Shown here: positions 1-9,122 of the stretch, in pieces | How the letters are laid out: every line of letters starts with the position of its first letter | Numbering within the stretch: position 1 is the stretch's first letter | Assembly (NCBI RefSeq): GCF_006345805.1 | Contig: NW_021836915.1 | Span: 1-22,475, forward strand | Source: Octopus sinensis | Taxonomy: Eukaryota | DNA: 22,475 bases | Direction: 5' to 3' | Program-made: the position numbers and the translations under genes | The notes under the pieces: model-generated | Database searches by the model: none | Told to the model about the DNA's origin: nothing | Seen by the model: the letters and a program-made list of their open reading frames with translations, nothing else

Positions 1-196
1 AAGAAATCCTTACTGGGCCCCACCTGCAAGGTCATGCGCTGTTTATTTTGATATGAGATCACGATGTCGCCCACATATGGTTGTGATGCATGTGCCTGGT
101 GTACCCTTATCAGACAGGTCGTCATGATGAGTATATTGGGCATCATATATTTGTACTCCAGTGTCACTTTGATGCCATGCACTGCTCTCTCACTCA

Positions 197-263
<67 letters not shown>
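1..263 (+). mobile_element. 3' end of a probable non-LTR retroelement/SINE ending in a (TAA)n tail; truncated by the window edge
   Basis: About 200 bp of non-repetitive sequence runs directly into about 21 TAA units (201-263). It resembles an abundant octopus repeat (recalled, unverified). Confidence 0.5.
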
Positions 264-266
<3 letters not shown>

Positions 267-342
267 GTGACAACAAAAGAATGAATCTTCGATATTAGGT
301 AAATAGAGTACTATAATGACAACCTAATGATTGTGCTAAGCT

Positions 343-592
343 ATACATACATGCATACATACATACATACATACATATAAATGTGTGTATATATATATAT
401 ATTATATATATATATATATAGATATATATGTGGTGTGTGTGTGTGTGTGTGTATATGTATATGTATATATATAGTTGGAATTTAAAAAACAAAAGACGAA
501 GACAGGTGTATAAACAACAAACAGGTGTACTAGTTTAACGCTCGGGAACACGAGAAAATAGAAAGAATAAAAAAAGCTGTTGTGGCTAGCGC

Positions 593-630
<38 letters not shown>

Positions 631-715
631 TAGATATATATGTGTGTATATATGTATGTATGTATGTATGTATATGTCTTTATATATATATATATGTATG
701 TATATATGTGTATAT
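343..715. repeat. Compound microsatellites (TACA)n/(TA)n/(TG)n/(GA)n/(TATG)n around a short repeat-derived spacer (about 480-592)
   Basis: Read directly from the sequence. Confidence 0.9.
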
Positions 716-1009
716 GCATTTGAACTTTTAGTTAACTCTTGTTTCATATGTTCAGAGCAATATAAATCTTCCCTAAGTCTAAAAATATTCTCTTCTCTGG
801 TAGTTGAAAAAAAATTGGTAATGTGTATTGTATATGATGCGTGGACACCAGAGAAAGAAGCCTAGCTGTTTCTTGCAATAAATACATCGCCCATCCTCTG
901 CTTTCCATGCTGGTATGGGTTTGACTGGAACTGGTATGTCAGAAGGCTGCACCATTTTCTATCTCATTTGGCATGGTTTCTACAGCTAGACGCCCTTCCA
1001 AATGCCAAT

Positions 1010-1123
1010 ATCTAAAGCAAAATTTTTCACGGACCCATAAAATATTACTGAGAATCCCCAATTTTTTATTTTGCTTGCATGGACCCCAAAAAATCTTATG
1101 TGAACCCTGGTTGAGAGCCACTG
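1010..1123 (+). mobile_element. Right end of a hAT (Charlie-like) MITE; left TIR not found
   Basis: GGTTGAGAGCCACTG (1109-1123) is the reverse complement of a CAGTGGYTCTCAACC hAT-type TIR. It is preceded by GGACCC subterminal motifs. Confidence 0.5.
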
Positions 1124-1378
1124 AGTTTGAGCAGCCATATAGAGGTTCTTGATCTTACAGGTAGATTCCAAGTACCCTGACCTTAATTAACTTCATTTGG
1201 CGAATTCTATCACCTGGTTTCAATTCTTCAGTTTAGCTATTTCATTTCATTTAAGCTTTGTGTTTTTCTCTCTTCAAAACAATAAGTTCTAATCCTGACT
1301 AAATTCAGTGCGAGAAATATATATATTTTTGCCTCTTACACCTACACTATAATATCATTCTAAAAATAAACAACCATA

Positions 1379-1524
1379 GGTGCAGGCGTGGCTGTGTGGT
1401 AAGAAGCTTGCTTCCCAACTACATGGTTCCGGGTTCAGCCCCACAGCGTGGCACCATTATAACCTCCGGCCGAACAAAGCCTTGTGAGTGGATTTGGTAG
1501 ATGGAAACTGAAAGAAACTCATCG

Positions 1525-1556
<32 letters not shown>

Positions 1557-2065
1557 TGTATGTATGTATGTATCTGTTTGTCTGTCTGTCTGCCCGTCTG
1601 TCTCCTCGTCTATCTGCCCGTCCGTCTGTCTACCGGTCCATCTGTCTGCCCGTCCGTCTGTCTACCCGTCCATCTGTCTGCCCGTCCGTCCGTCTGTCTA
1701 CTCGTCCATCTCTCTGCCCGACTGTCCGTCCATCTACCCGTCTGTCTACTCGGCTGTCAGCATGTCTGTCCATCCGTCCGTCTGTCTGTCCGTTTGCCCG
1801 TCTGTCTGTCCGTCTGTCCTTCCGTCCGTCCGTCCGTATGTGTGTGTGTCTTTGTGTCTGTGTTTGTCTTCCATTATCGCTTAACGACTGGTGTTGGAGT
1901 GTTTACGTCCTTATAACTTAGCGATTCGGCAAGCGAGATATATAGAATAAGTACCAGGCTTTAAAAAAAAAAGGGAGGCGGTTTAAAAAGTACTGGGGTT
2001 TGATTCAAGGCGATGCCCCAGCATGGCCGCAGTCTAATGATTGAAGCAAAAATAAAAAATAAAAG
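1379..2065 (+). mobile_element. tRNA-derived SINE, family A (CORE-like), with an internal microsatellite expansion of about 330 bp
   Basis: Box A-like TGGCTGTGTGG and box B-like GGTTCAGCCC. The body (CCAAAGCCTTGTGAGTGGATTTGG, GAATAAGTAC, CCAGCATGGCCGCAGTC) is shared with the copies at 4872, 6248 and 8681. Confidence 0.9.
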
Positions 2066-2276
2066 TGAGGTAAATTTTACTGCTACTGTGTAGTGTATAA
2101 TGGTGGTGGCGGTGGAGGTGGTGATGATTGTGAGTGTCAGAGAAGAGTGTTAGGTTGAGTGGGAGTGTAAGTGGGAGTGAGAGGAGAAAGGTGCTCTCAA
2201 GAGAAGCGAACGAAGTTACTTGACATCAAGGAAAGACAACGAAAACAGTTATTGACCCACATAGATATGTTTCTGG

Positions 2277-2840
2277 CTACACACACACTTACACACATAC
2301 ATATGGAACAGAGACACAGACACATACATACATACATACATACATACATACATACATACATACATACATACATACATACATACATACATACATACATACA
2401 CACATACACACTTGCATTCACGCACACACAGACACACACACACATATGGACACAAAGACAGACACATACATGTATGTATATATACATACATACATACACA
2501 CATGCACTCACGCACACACAGACACAGACACATACGTGTATACATACCTACATACATACATACACACACAGACACACATATAGACACAGAGACATAGACA
2601 CATACGTGTATACATACATACATACCTACATACATACATACATACATACATACATACACACACACTCACGCACACAGAGACACATACGTGTATACATACC
2701 TACATACACAGACACACACATATGGACACAGAGACACAGACACATACATGTATACATACCTACATACATACACATACACATACATACACACACAAACACA
2801 TATTTATAAGAGAGAAAGGAGGAGAGAGAGAGAGAGAGAA
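2277..2840. repeat. Compound (TACA)n/(CA)n array with recurrent longer units (ACACAGAGACACAGACACATAC; ACACATACGTGTATACATAC), followed by (GA)n
   Basis: Read directly from the sequence. Confidence 0.9.
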
Positions 2841-2889
2841 AGTCGGGGGTGGAAGAGAAGGAACTCCTTAGTGTCACTCTTAAAACCCG

Positions 2890-3074
2890 GTGACATATAA
2901 GTCAGAGCTCGCTCCAGCTGCCACACAACAACCACCCGATTACCACCCGGCTTCCATCCCACCCTCCCAAAATAACCACCCAGCCCGTCTGTCTGTTCGT
3001 CTCTAAGTGGGCCACCTGCTAGAATTTGTTTAAAGAACGTTATTGCCATTTCCGTTTCGAAAGAACTGGTGAGT
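2890..3074 (+). promoter_or_regulatory. Candidate core promoter and ATG-less first exon ending at a strong 5' splice site
   Basis: TATAAG at 2896-2901, upstream (GA)n and repeated ACCACCC motifs. No ATG between 2920 and 3068. CTG|GTGAGT donor at 3068/3069. The segment is unique and GC-richer than its flanks. Confidence 0.35.
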
Positions 3075-3496
3075 GCCTGTATCGGAGGGACGATCTGGGT
3101 TTGGGGACACATCCCTTGGAGAGACAAAACCACAGGGTTACTCTATGACGGGGCCCCGGTTTCCTTCATTTACACCAATTTAATACCTGCTAGATTATGA
3201 CAAGCAATTTCCTTGATAAACATCAGCCATGGAAATCCCGGTCAGACACATATGGGCGCGCGCGCACGGATATGCAACACACACACACACACACACACAC
3301 ACGGTATCGTTAGTGTGAACTAAATATACAAAGTGGAGGGCTTTAAGATATACAGAAAATATATACAAACAATTTAAGTTGTGTATCATCAGACTTTAAA
3401 TTTCATAGCAAAACACGCGTCTTAAGGACACAGCGTGTGTGCGCGAGCGCACACACATGCGTTTACACACGTGCATGCACACACATATGACCTGAT

Positions 3497-3650
3497 TGTG
3501 AGCTTAAGAAGTTCGCTTTGCAACTGCGTTGCTTCGAGTTCATTTCATTCGCGTGGCACCTTGGGCGAGTGTCTTCAACTACAGCCCTGGGCTGACCATT
3601 GACTTGTGTGTGAGTTTCATATACGGAAACTGTGTGTAAAGCTTGTTTTA
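3497..3650 (+). mobile_element. Old, diverged 5' half of a family A SINE running into (TACA)n/(CA)n/(TA)n (3650-3815)
   Basis: GCGTGGCACCTTGGGCGAGTGTCTTC...GGAAACTG aligns to the other family A copies. Confidence 0.8.
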
Positions 3651-3714
3651 TACATACATACATACATACATACATACATACATACATACATACATACATA
3701 CACACATACACACA

Positions 3715-3759
<45 letters not shown>

Positions 3760-3760
3760 A

Positions 3761-3814
<54 letters not shown>

Positions 3815-3815
<1 letters not shown>

Positions 3816-3954
3816 CAAATTGAGATAGGGGTTGTAAATGCAACCCTCCATGGGATAACATATATCCAATATACTGCTAGTGAAGTACCCAACAAAGTTA
3901 CTACATAAATGTTAAGGATTGCGATGCAATCAATTCATTTACTGTATTATATGG
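3815..3954. repeat. Unclassified interspersed repeat, copy 1 (copy 2 at 9788-9896)
   Basis: AATTGAGATAGGGGTTGTAAATGCAACCC..CATGGGATAACATA and AAGGATTGCGATGCAATCAATTCATT occur in both copies. Both copies follow a (TA)n array. Confidence 0.85.
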
Positions 3955-4178
3955 GCATATATATATATTATTCAAAGAAACTCCCACTTTGTTTTTTATG
4001 TTTTATTTATATTCTTTATAATATTAATGTAGAATATAGAATATATAGTATAAATAATATATATATAGTAAAATGAAATAAAGTATCGATTGTCTTATTG
4101 AATAGATGAAATGTTGAATACCGATCTTATTAGGTGGCCAGCATGGGAATAAAAACCTTCAAAGGTAATAATTATTTC

Positions 4179-4242
4179 AAATTATAATTTAGGGTATCTA
4201 AGAGATACCACCATATCTCTTAGATACCCTAAATTATAATTT
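4179..4242. repeat. Perfect 29-bp inverted repeat with a 6-nt spacer
   Basis: AAATTATAATTTAGGGTATCTAAGAGATA-CCACCA-TATCTCTTAGATACCCTAAATTATAATTT. Confidence 0.95.
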
Positions 4243-4494
4243 TATATATATTTTATCGATCTTATTGTTGTTTACATTAGGTATTATTCGGATATGAAAA
4301 GTCGTAACAATTCAGTGCTGGAGATAATTTCAATAACAAACCTGTTGAGATAATCTTAAACAAGTGATTTAATAGCACTGCTAACACAGCAGAATACGGT
4401 ATTGGTTTATAAAAGCGATTAATAAACTTTGTAGTATATTATGGTTGCATAACGAAATACAGTGGCCCTGCTAGACGTTAAAAGCCTGCTTTAG

Positions 4495-4725
4495 TTCTTA
4501 TCATATGAGAAAAACTTCGACTAAGGCCAAAACTTTAACAGCAGGAATGACACATGGTTATGTGCAGATTCTTTTGACGTTCTCAGAGCAATGCACACTA
4601 GGTTTCCAGCAGCTGTGATGGTTTTAGGAATGGTGAGTGACAAAGGTCATGTCATGCCACGTCGCGTCTTTTCACAGGGTCTTAGAATGTACCATACTGT
4701 GGAATCATACGAAACCGTGTTTGTA
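4495..4725 (+). mobile_element. Decayed Tc1/mariner-superfamily (maT/DD37D-like) transposase fragment
   Basis: Manual translation from 4495 gives FLSYEKNFD*GQNFNSRNDTWLCADSFDVLRAMHTRFPAAVMVLGMVSDKGHVMPRRVFSQGLRM. This matches the FFSDEKNF...RNDRWL...KFPAxVMVLGVVSNEGxVMPPHFF pattern. It has an in-frame stop, and the first catalytic D is changed to Y. Confidence 0.8.
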
Positions 4726-4817
4726 TAACGGAATAACAATTTAGTGGATACACACGTACATACACACGCATTCACTCACATGCACGCACGCGCACATTGA
4801 CGCACGCGCGCATGCAC

Positions 4818-5299
4818 GCCGACCAAAGCCTTGTCAGTGGATTTGGCAGAAACTGAAAGAAGCTCGTCGTGTGTGTGGTATGTAGCTTGTTTACCAACCA
4901 TATGGTTCCGGGTTCAGTCCCAATGCGTAGCACCTTGGGCAAGTGTCTTCTACTATAGCCTTGGGCCGACCAAAGCCTTGTGCCGACCAAAGCCTTGTGC
5001 TGACCAAAGCCTTGTGAGTGAATTTGGTAGACGGAAACTGAAAGAAGCCCGTCGTATATATGTAGATATATATATATGCGTGTATGTTTGTGTGTCTGTG
5101 TTTGTCCCATCCAACATTGCTTGACAACCGATGCTGGTGTGTTTATGTCCCCGTCACTTAGCGGTTCGGCAAAAGAAACCGATAGAATAAGTACTAGGCT
5201 TACAAAGAATAAGTCCCGGTGTCGAGTTGCTCGACTAAAGGCGGTGCTCCAGCATGGCCGCAGTCAAATGACTGAAGCAAGTAAAAGAGAGAAAGAGAG
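4818..5299 (+). mobile_element. Family A SINE: internal fragment (4818-4870) joined to a near full-length copy (4872-5299) with a 17-bp triplication
   Basis: Aligns along its length to 6248-6650. ACCTTGGGCAAGT resembles the CORE domain of MIR-type SINEs. Confidence 0.9.
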
Positions 5300-5329
5300 A
5301 TTGTGTGTGTGAGTGTGTGTATATATTTG

Positions 5330-5558
5330 TGTGTGTGTGTTTGTCTTTGTATTTTTGCTTGTACCCCACCTCACCGCTTGATAACCGGTGTTGATGTGTT
5401 TATGTCCCCTAAACCTACTGGTTCGGCATAAAGAACGATAAAATAAGTACTAGGCTTAAAAAATAGGCCCCGGTGTCGATTTGTTCGAGTAAAACACTTA
5501 AAGTCGGCGCTCCAGCATGGCCGCAGTCAAATGCCTGAAAAAAGTAAAATAATAGAAA
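5330..5558 (+). mobile_element. Family A SINE, 3' half, diverged
   Basis: CCGCTTGATAACCGGTG..AATAAGTACTAGGCTT..CTCCAGCATGGCCGCAGTCAAATG. Confidence 0.85.
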
Positions 5559-5650
5559 ACTAAAAGAAGACACACACACACACACACACATACACACACA
5601 CACACAATGTATGTATTGTGTATGTATGTATTTATATATGGGGGGGGGGG

Positions 5651-6034
5651 TAAGCACTCCGTCGGTTACGACGATGAGGGTTCCGGTTGATCCGAATCAA
5701 CGGAACAGCCTGCTTGTGAAATTAACGTGTAAGTGGCTGAGCACTCCACAGACACGTGCACCCTTAACGTAGTTCTCGGGGATATTCAGCGTGACACAGA
5801 GTGTGACAAGGCCGGCCCCTTGAAATACAGGTACAACAGAAACAGGAAGTAAGAGTGAGAGAAAGTTGTGGTGAAAGAGTACAGCAGGGATCACCACCAT
5901 CCCCTGCCGGAACCTCGTGGAGCTTTTTAGATGTTTTCGCTCAATAAACACTCACAACGCCCGGTCTGGGAATCGAAACCGCGATACTATGACCGCGAGT
6001 CCGCTGCCCTAACCACTGGGCCATTGCGCCTCCA
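5651..6034 (-). mobile_element. tRNA-derived SINE, family C, full length
   Basis: The minus strand starts TGGAGGCGCAATGGCCCAGTGGTTAGGGCAGCGGACTCGCGG...GGTTTCGATTCCCAGACCGGGCG. This is a tRNA-like head with box A and box B, followed by about 300 bp of body. It is not a bona fide tRNA gene. Confidence 0.85.
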
Positions 6035-6069
6035 TTTATATATATGCATGTATGTGTATATGTGTATGA

Positions 6070-6247
6070 GCAGGTTTGTGTTTGTCCACTTCTACTGTTT
6101 GTTGTTGGTTTGTTTATGTCCTTGTAACTTAGGTGTTCGGTAAAGAGACCGACAGAACAAACGCCAATCTTAAAAATAAGTAAAGCCCCCAAGAAGGTGC
6201 TGCAGCATGGCCTCAGTCCAATGAGTGAAACAAGTTAAAAAGAAAAG
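6070..6247 (+). mobile_element. Family A SINE, 3' half, strongly diverged
   Basis: GTAACTTAGGTGTTCGGTAAAGAGACCGACAGAA..GGTGCTGCAGCATGGCCTCAGTCCAATG. Confidence 0.75.
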
Positions 6248-6650
6248 ACAGGAGTGGCTGTGTGGTATGTAGCTTGTTTACCAACCACATGGTTCCGGGT
6301 TCAGTCTCACTGCGTGGCACCTTGGACAAGTGTCTTCTACTATAGCCTCGGGCCGACCAAAGCCTTGTGAGTGGATTTGATTGAAGGAAACTGAAAGAAG
6401 CCCATCGTATATATGTATATATATATATATGCGTGTGTGTGTTTGTGTGTTTGTCCCCCTAGCATTGCTTGACAACCGATGCTAGTGTGTTTACGTCCCC
6501 GTTACTTAACGGTTCGGCAAAAGAGACCGATAGAATAAGTACTGAGCTTACAAAAGAATAAGTCCCGGGGTCGAGTTGCTCGATTAAAGGCGGTGCTCCA
6601 GCATGGCCGCAGTCAAATGACTGAAACAAGTAAAAGAGAAAAGAGAGATA
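6248..6650 (+). mobile_element. Family A SINE, full length
   Basis: Box A/B head, CORE-like centre, short internal TA/TG tract and (AAAAGAG)-type tail. Confidence 0.92.
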
Positions 6651-6652
6651 TG

Positions 6653-7602
6653 GGATCTTTTCTAAAAGACGGACAGAATTTTCTACTTAACTAAATAATT
6701 TGAAACTTCGTATACTGGTAGAATGTGTCAAAAGAAAACATTAATTTCAATTAGTTTTTTTGAGGAGAATGTATTTTGTAACTTTTACGTAGTTTAATTC
6801 TTCGAATTTTAACCAATCGTATTCTCTGTTTTGAGCTCAATTCATTTGCTGCCGTGTTATTCATCCTTATCACTGTCTTCTGTGTTCTGTCTTCAAAGGC
6901 TTCTCGCATGTTTATTTCAATGGCATCCCTGACTTACGGAACGATTACCTGTGTGTGTGTGTTTTTGTTGTGTATGTGTGTGCGTGTGTCTGTTTGTTGT
7001 GTATGTGTGTGTGTGTCTTTTTGTTGTGTATAGGTGTGTATGTGTTTTTTTGTTGTGTATGTGTGCGTGTGTTGTTTATCTCTTAAATCGATGAATTTCG
7101 TCGCCCAATAAAATTATTAACGATATCAAAGTTAAAAAAATATCGTTAATATTTTTATTGGGCGACGAAATTCATCGATTTAAGAGATACACAACACACG
7201 CACACATACACAACAAAAAAAACACACACACACATACACAACAATAACACACACACATACACAACAATAACACACACACATACACAACAAAAACACACAC
7301 ACACAGGTAATCGTTCCGTAAGTCAGGGATGACATTGAAATAAACATGCGAGAAGCCTTTGAAGACAGAACACAGAAGACAGTGATAAGGATGAATAACA
7401 CGGCAGCAAATGAATTGAGCTCAAAACAGAGAATACGATTGGTTAAAATTCGAAGAATTAAACTACGTAAAAGTTACAAAATACATTCTTCTAAAAAAAA
7501 CTAATTGAAATTAATGTTATCTTTTGACACATTCTACCAGTATACGAAGTTTCAAATTATTTAGTTAAGTAGAAAATTCTGTCCATCTTTTAGAAAAGAT
7601 CC
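6653..7602. mobile_element. 950-bp non-autonomous fold-back DNA transposon (TIR-only) with an 8-bp TSD; Merlin- or MULE-like ends
   Basis: Arms 6653-7126 and 7140-7602 flank a 13-nt spacer. About 5 mismatches in the outer 300 bp. Termini GGATCTTTTC...GAAAAGATCC. GAGATATG is repeated directly at 6645-6652 and 7603-7610. Confidence 0.9.
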
Positions 7603-8016
7603 GAGATATGTATATATGAATATCTGCGTTTGTGTGTGTAAGTGTGTGTGCAAATGCGTATGTGCATGTGTGAGTGTTTGTGTGTGTAAGTATGTGTGAG
7701 TAAGCGCGCGTGTGTGTGTGAGAGAGAGAGAGTATACAGAAGGATGAAGGTAGCTGGGTTACATCTCTAATCTTGCTCTGCAATAAAGACGACACGAACA
7801 GCAGCAGCAGCAACAAAGTCGACGACGACGACCGAAAGACGCCTTCCTACATTTGAAGTAGTCGTAATTGTGACTCTGTGTTGTCACGGTTCAAATATAA
7901 GATTTGTCTTAATTGCAATTCTACGGTCATTGTTGTCACTCAACCATCTGTAATAAATGGAGGAGAGAGAGAAAAAGAGCGGTTGGTACTGGAAGTGAAG
8001 GGAGTAAATAAGTTAT

Positions 8017-8027
<11 letters not shown>

Positions 8028-8052
<25 letters not shown>

Positions 8053-8090
8053 TACTACTACTACTACTACTACTACTGTTATTATTCGTT
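8028..8090. repeat. (CTA)n microsatellite
   Basis: Read directly from the sequence. Confidence 0.95.
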
Positions 8091-8144
8091 CGATATTGTT
8101 CTCAATGTCTTTAGTAATCATCAACATAATAACTATTGTATATT

Positions 8145-8364
8145 ACTCTTTCTTTACTACCCACAAGGGGCTAAACACAGAGGGGACAAACGGATTAAGT
8201 CGATTATATTGACCCCAGTGCGTAACTGGTACTTATTTAATCGACCCCGAAAGGATGAAAGGCAAAGTCGACCTCGGCGGAATTTGAACTCAGAACGTAA
8301 CCGCAAACGAAATACTGCTAAGCATTTCGCCCGGCGTGTTAACGATTCTACCAGCTCGCCGCCT
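8145..8364 (-). mobile_element. tRNA-derived SINE, family B
   Basis: Minus strand reads AGGCGGCGAGCTGGTAGAATCGTTAAC...TTCTGAGTTCAAATTCCGCCGAGGTCGACTTTGCCTTTCATCCTTTCGGGGTCGAT. It is shared with the copies at 8383, 11193, 11447, 15874, 16092 and 19937. Confidence 0.9.
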
Positions 8365-8382
8365 TCAAATTATTGTATATTA

Positions 8383-8590
8383 CAGCAGCGAGCAGGCAGA
8401 ATCGTTAAGCCCGTCGGACAAAAATGCTTAGCGGTATTTCGTCCGTTCTTACGTTCTGAGTTCAATTGTTGCCCAGTTCGACTTTCTTCCTTTCGGGGTT
8501 TGATAAAATAATTCCGGTTAATTACTGGATTCAAAATAATCCGCATCCCGCTAAAATTTCAGGCCTCGTGCCTATGATTGAAGAGTTTAT
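8383..8590 (+). mobile_element. Family B SINE, head-to-head with the preceding copy; a further head fragment lies at about 8594-8630
   Basis: GCAGAATCGTTAAG..AAATGCTTAGCGGTATTTCGTC..TTCTGAGTTCAA..CCTTTCGGGG..AAAATTTCAGGCC. Confidence 0.85.
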
Positions 8591-8680
8591 TTTCAGGCGA
8601 CGAGCTGCAAGAAGCGATAGCACCTCGACTCCTTAATCATAATTATATTTTTATAATTATGTACGTATATTTTTTTAATC

Positions 8681-9122
8681 CTTTTATTTGTTTTAGTCAT
8701 TCCACTGTGGCCATGCTGGAGCACCGCCTTTAGTCGTGCATATCGACCCCAGAACTTATTCTTTGTAAGCCTAGTACTTATTCTATCGGTCTCTTTTACC
8801 GAACCGCTAAGTTACGGGGACGTAAACACACCAGCATTGGTTGTCAAGCGATGTTGGGGGGACAAACACAGACACAAACACACACACACGCGCGCGCGCA
8901 AACACACACACACGCGCGCGCGCAAACACACACACAAACATACACATACATATATATACGATGGGCTTCTTTCAGCTTCAGTCTACAAAATCCCCTCAGA
9001 AGGCATTGGTCAGCCCGAGGCTATAATAGAAGACACTTGCCCAGGGTGCCACACAGTGGGACAGAAGCCGGAACTACGTGGTTGGTAAGCAAGCTACTTA
9101 CCACACAGCCACTCCTGCGCCT
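8681..9122 (-). mobile_element. Family A SINE, full length
   Basis: Aligns as the reverse complement of 6248-6650 and ends ...CCACACAGCCACTCCTGCGCCT. Confidence 0.92.

Noticed and set aside
3385-3395. CTGATGA on the minus strand as a hammerhead core
   Set aside because: A possible stem II is not followed by GAAA. The same applies to CTGAAGA at about 1226, CTGAGGA at about 9296 and CTGACGA at about 15145 and 15533.
4965-5015. Short direct repeats resembling a CRISPR array
   Set aside because: There are no spacers; it is a tandem triplication inside a eukaryotic SINE.
5955-6034. tRNA-like sequence
   Set aside because: It is the head of a family C SINE, continuous with about 300 bp of SINE body, and does not form a canonical cloverleaf.
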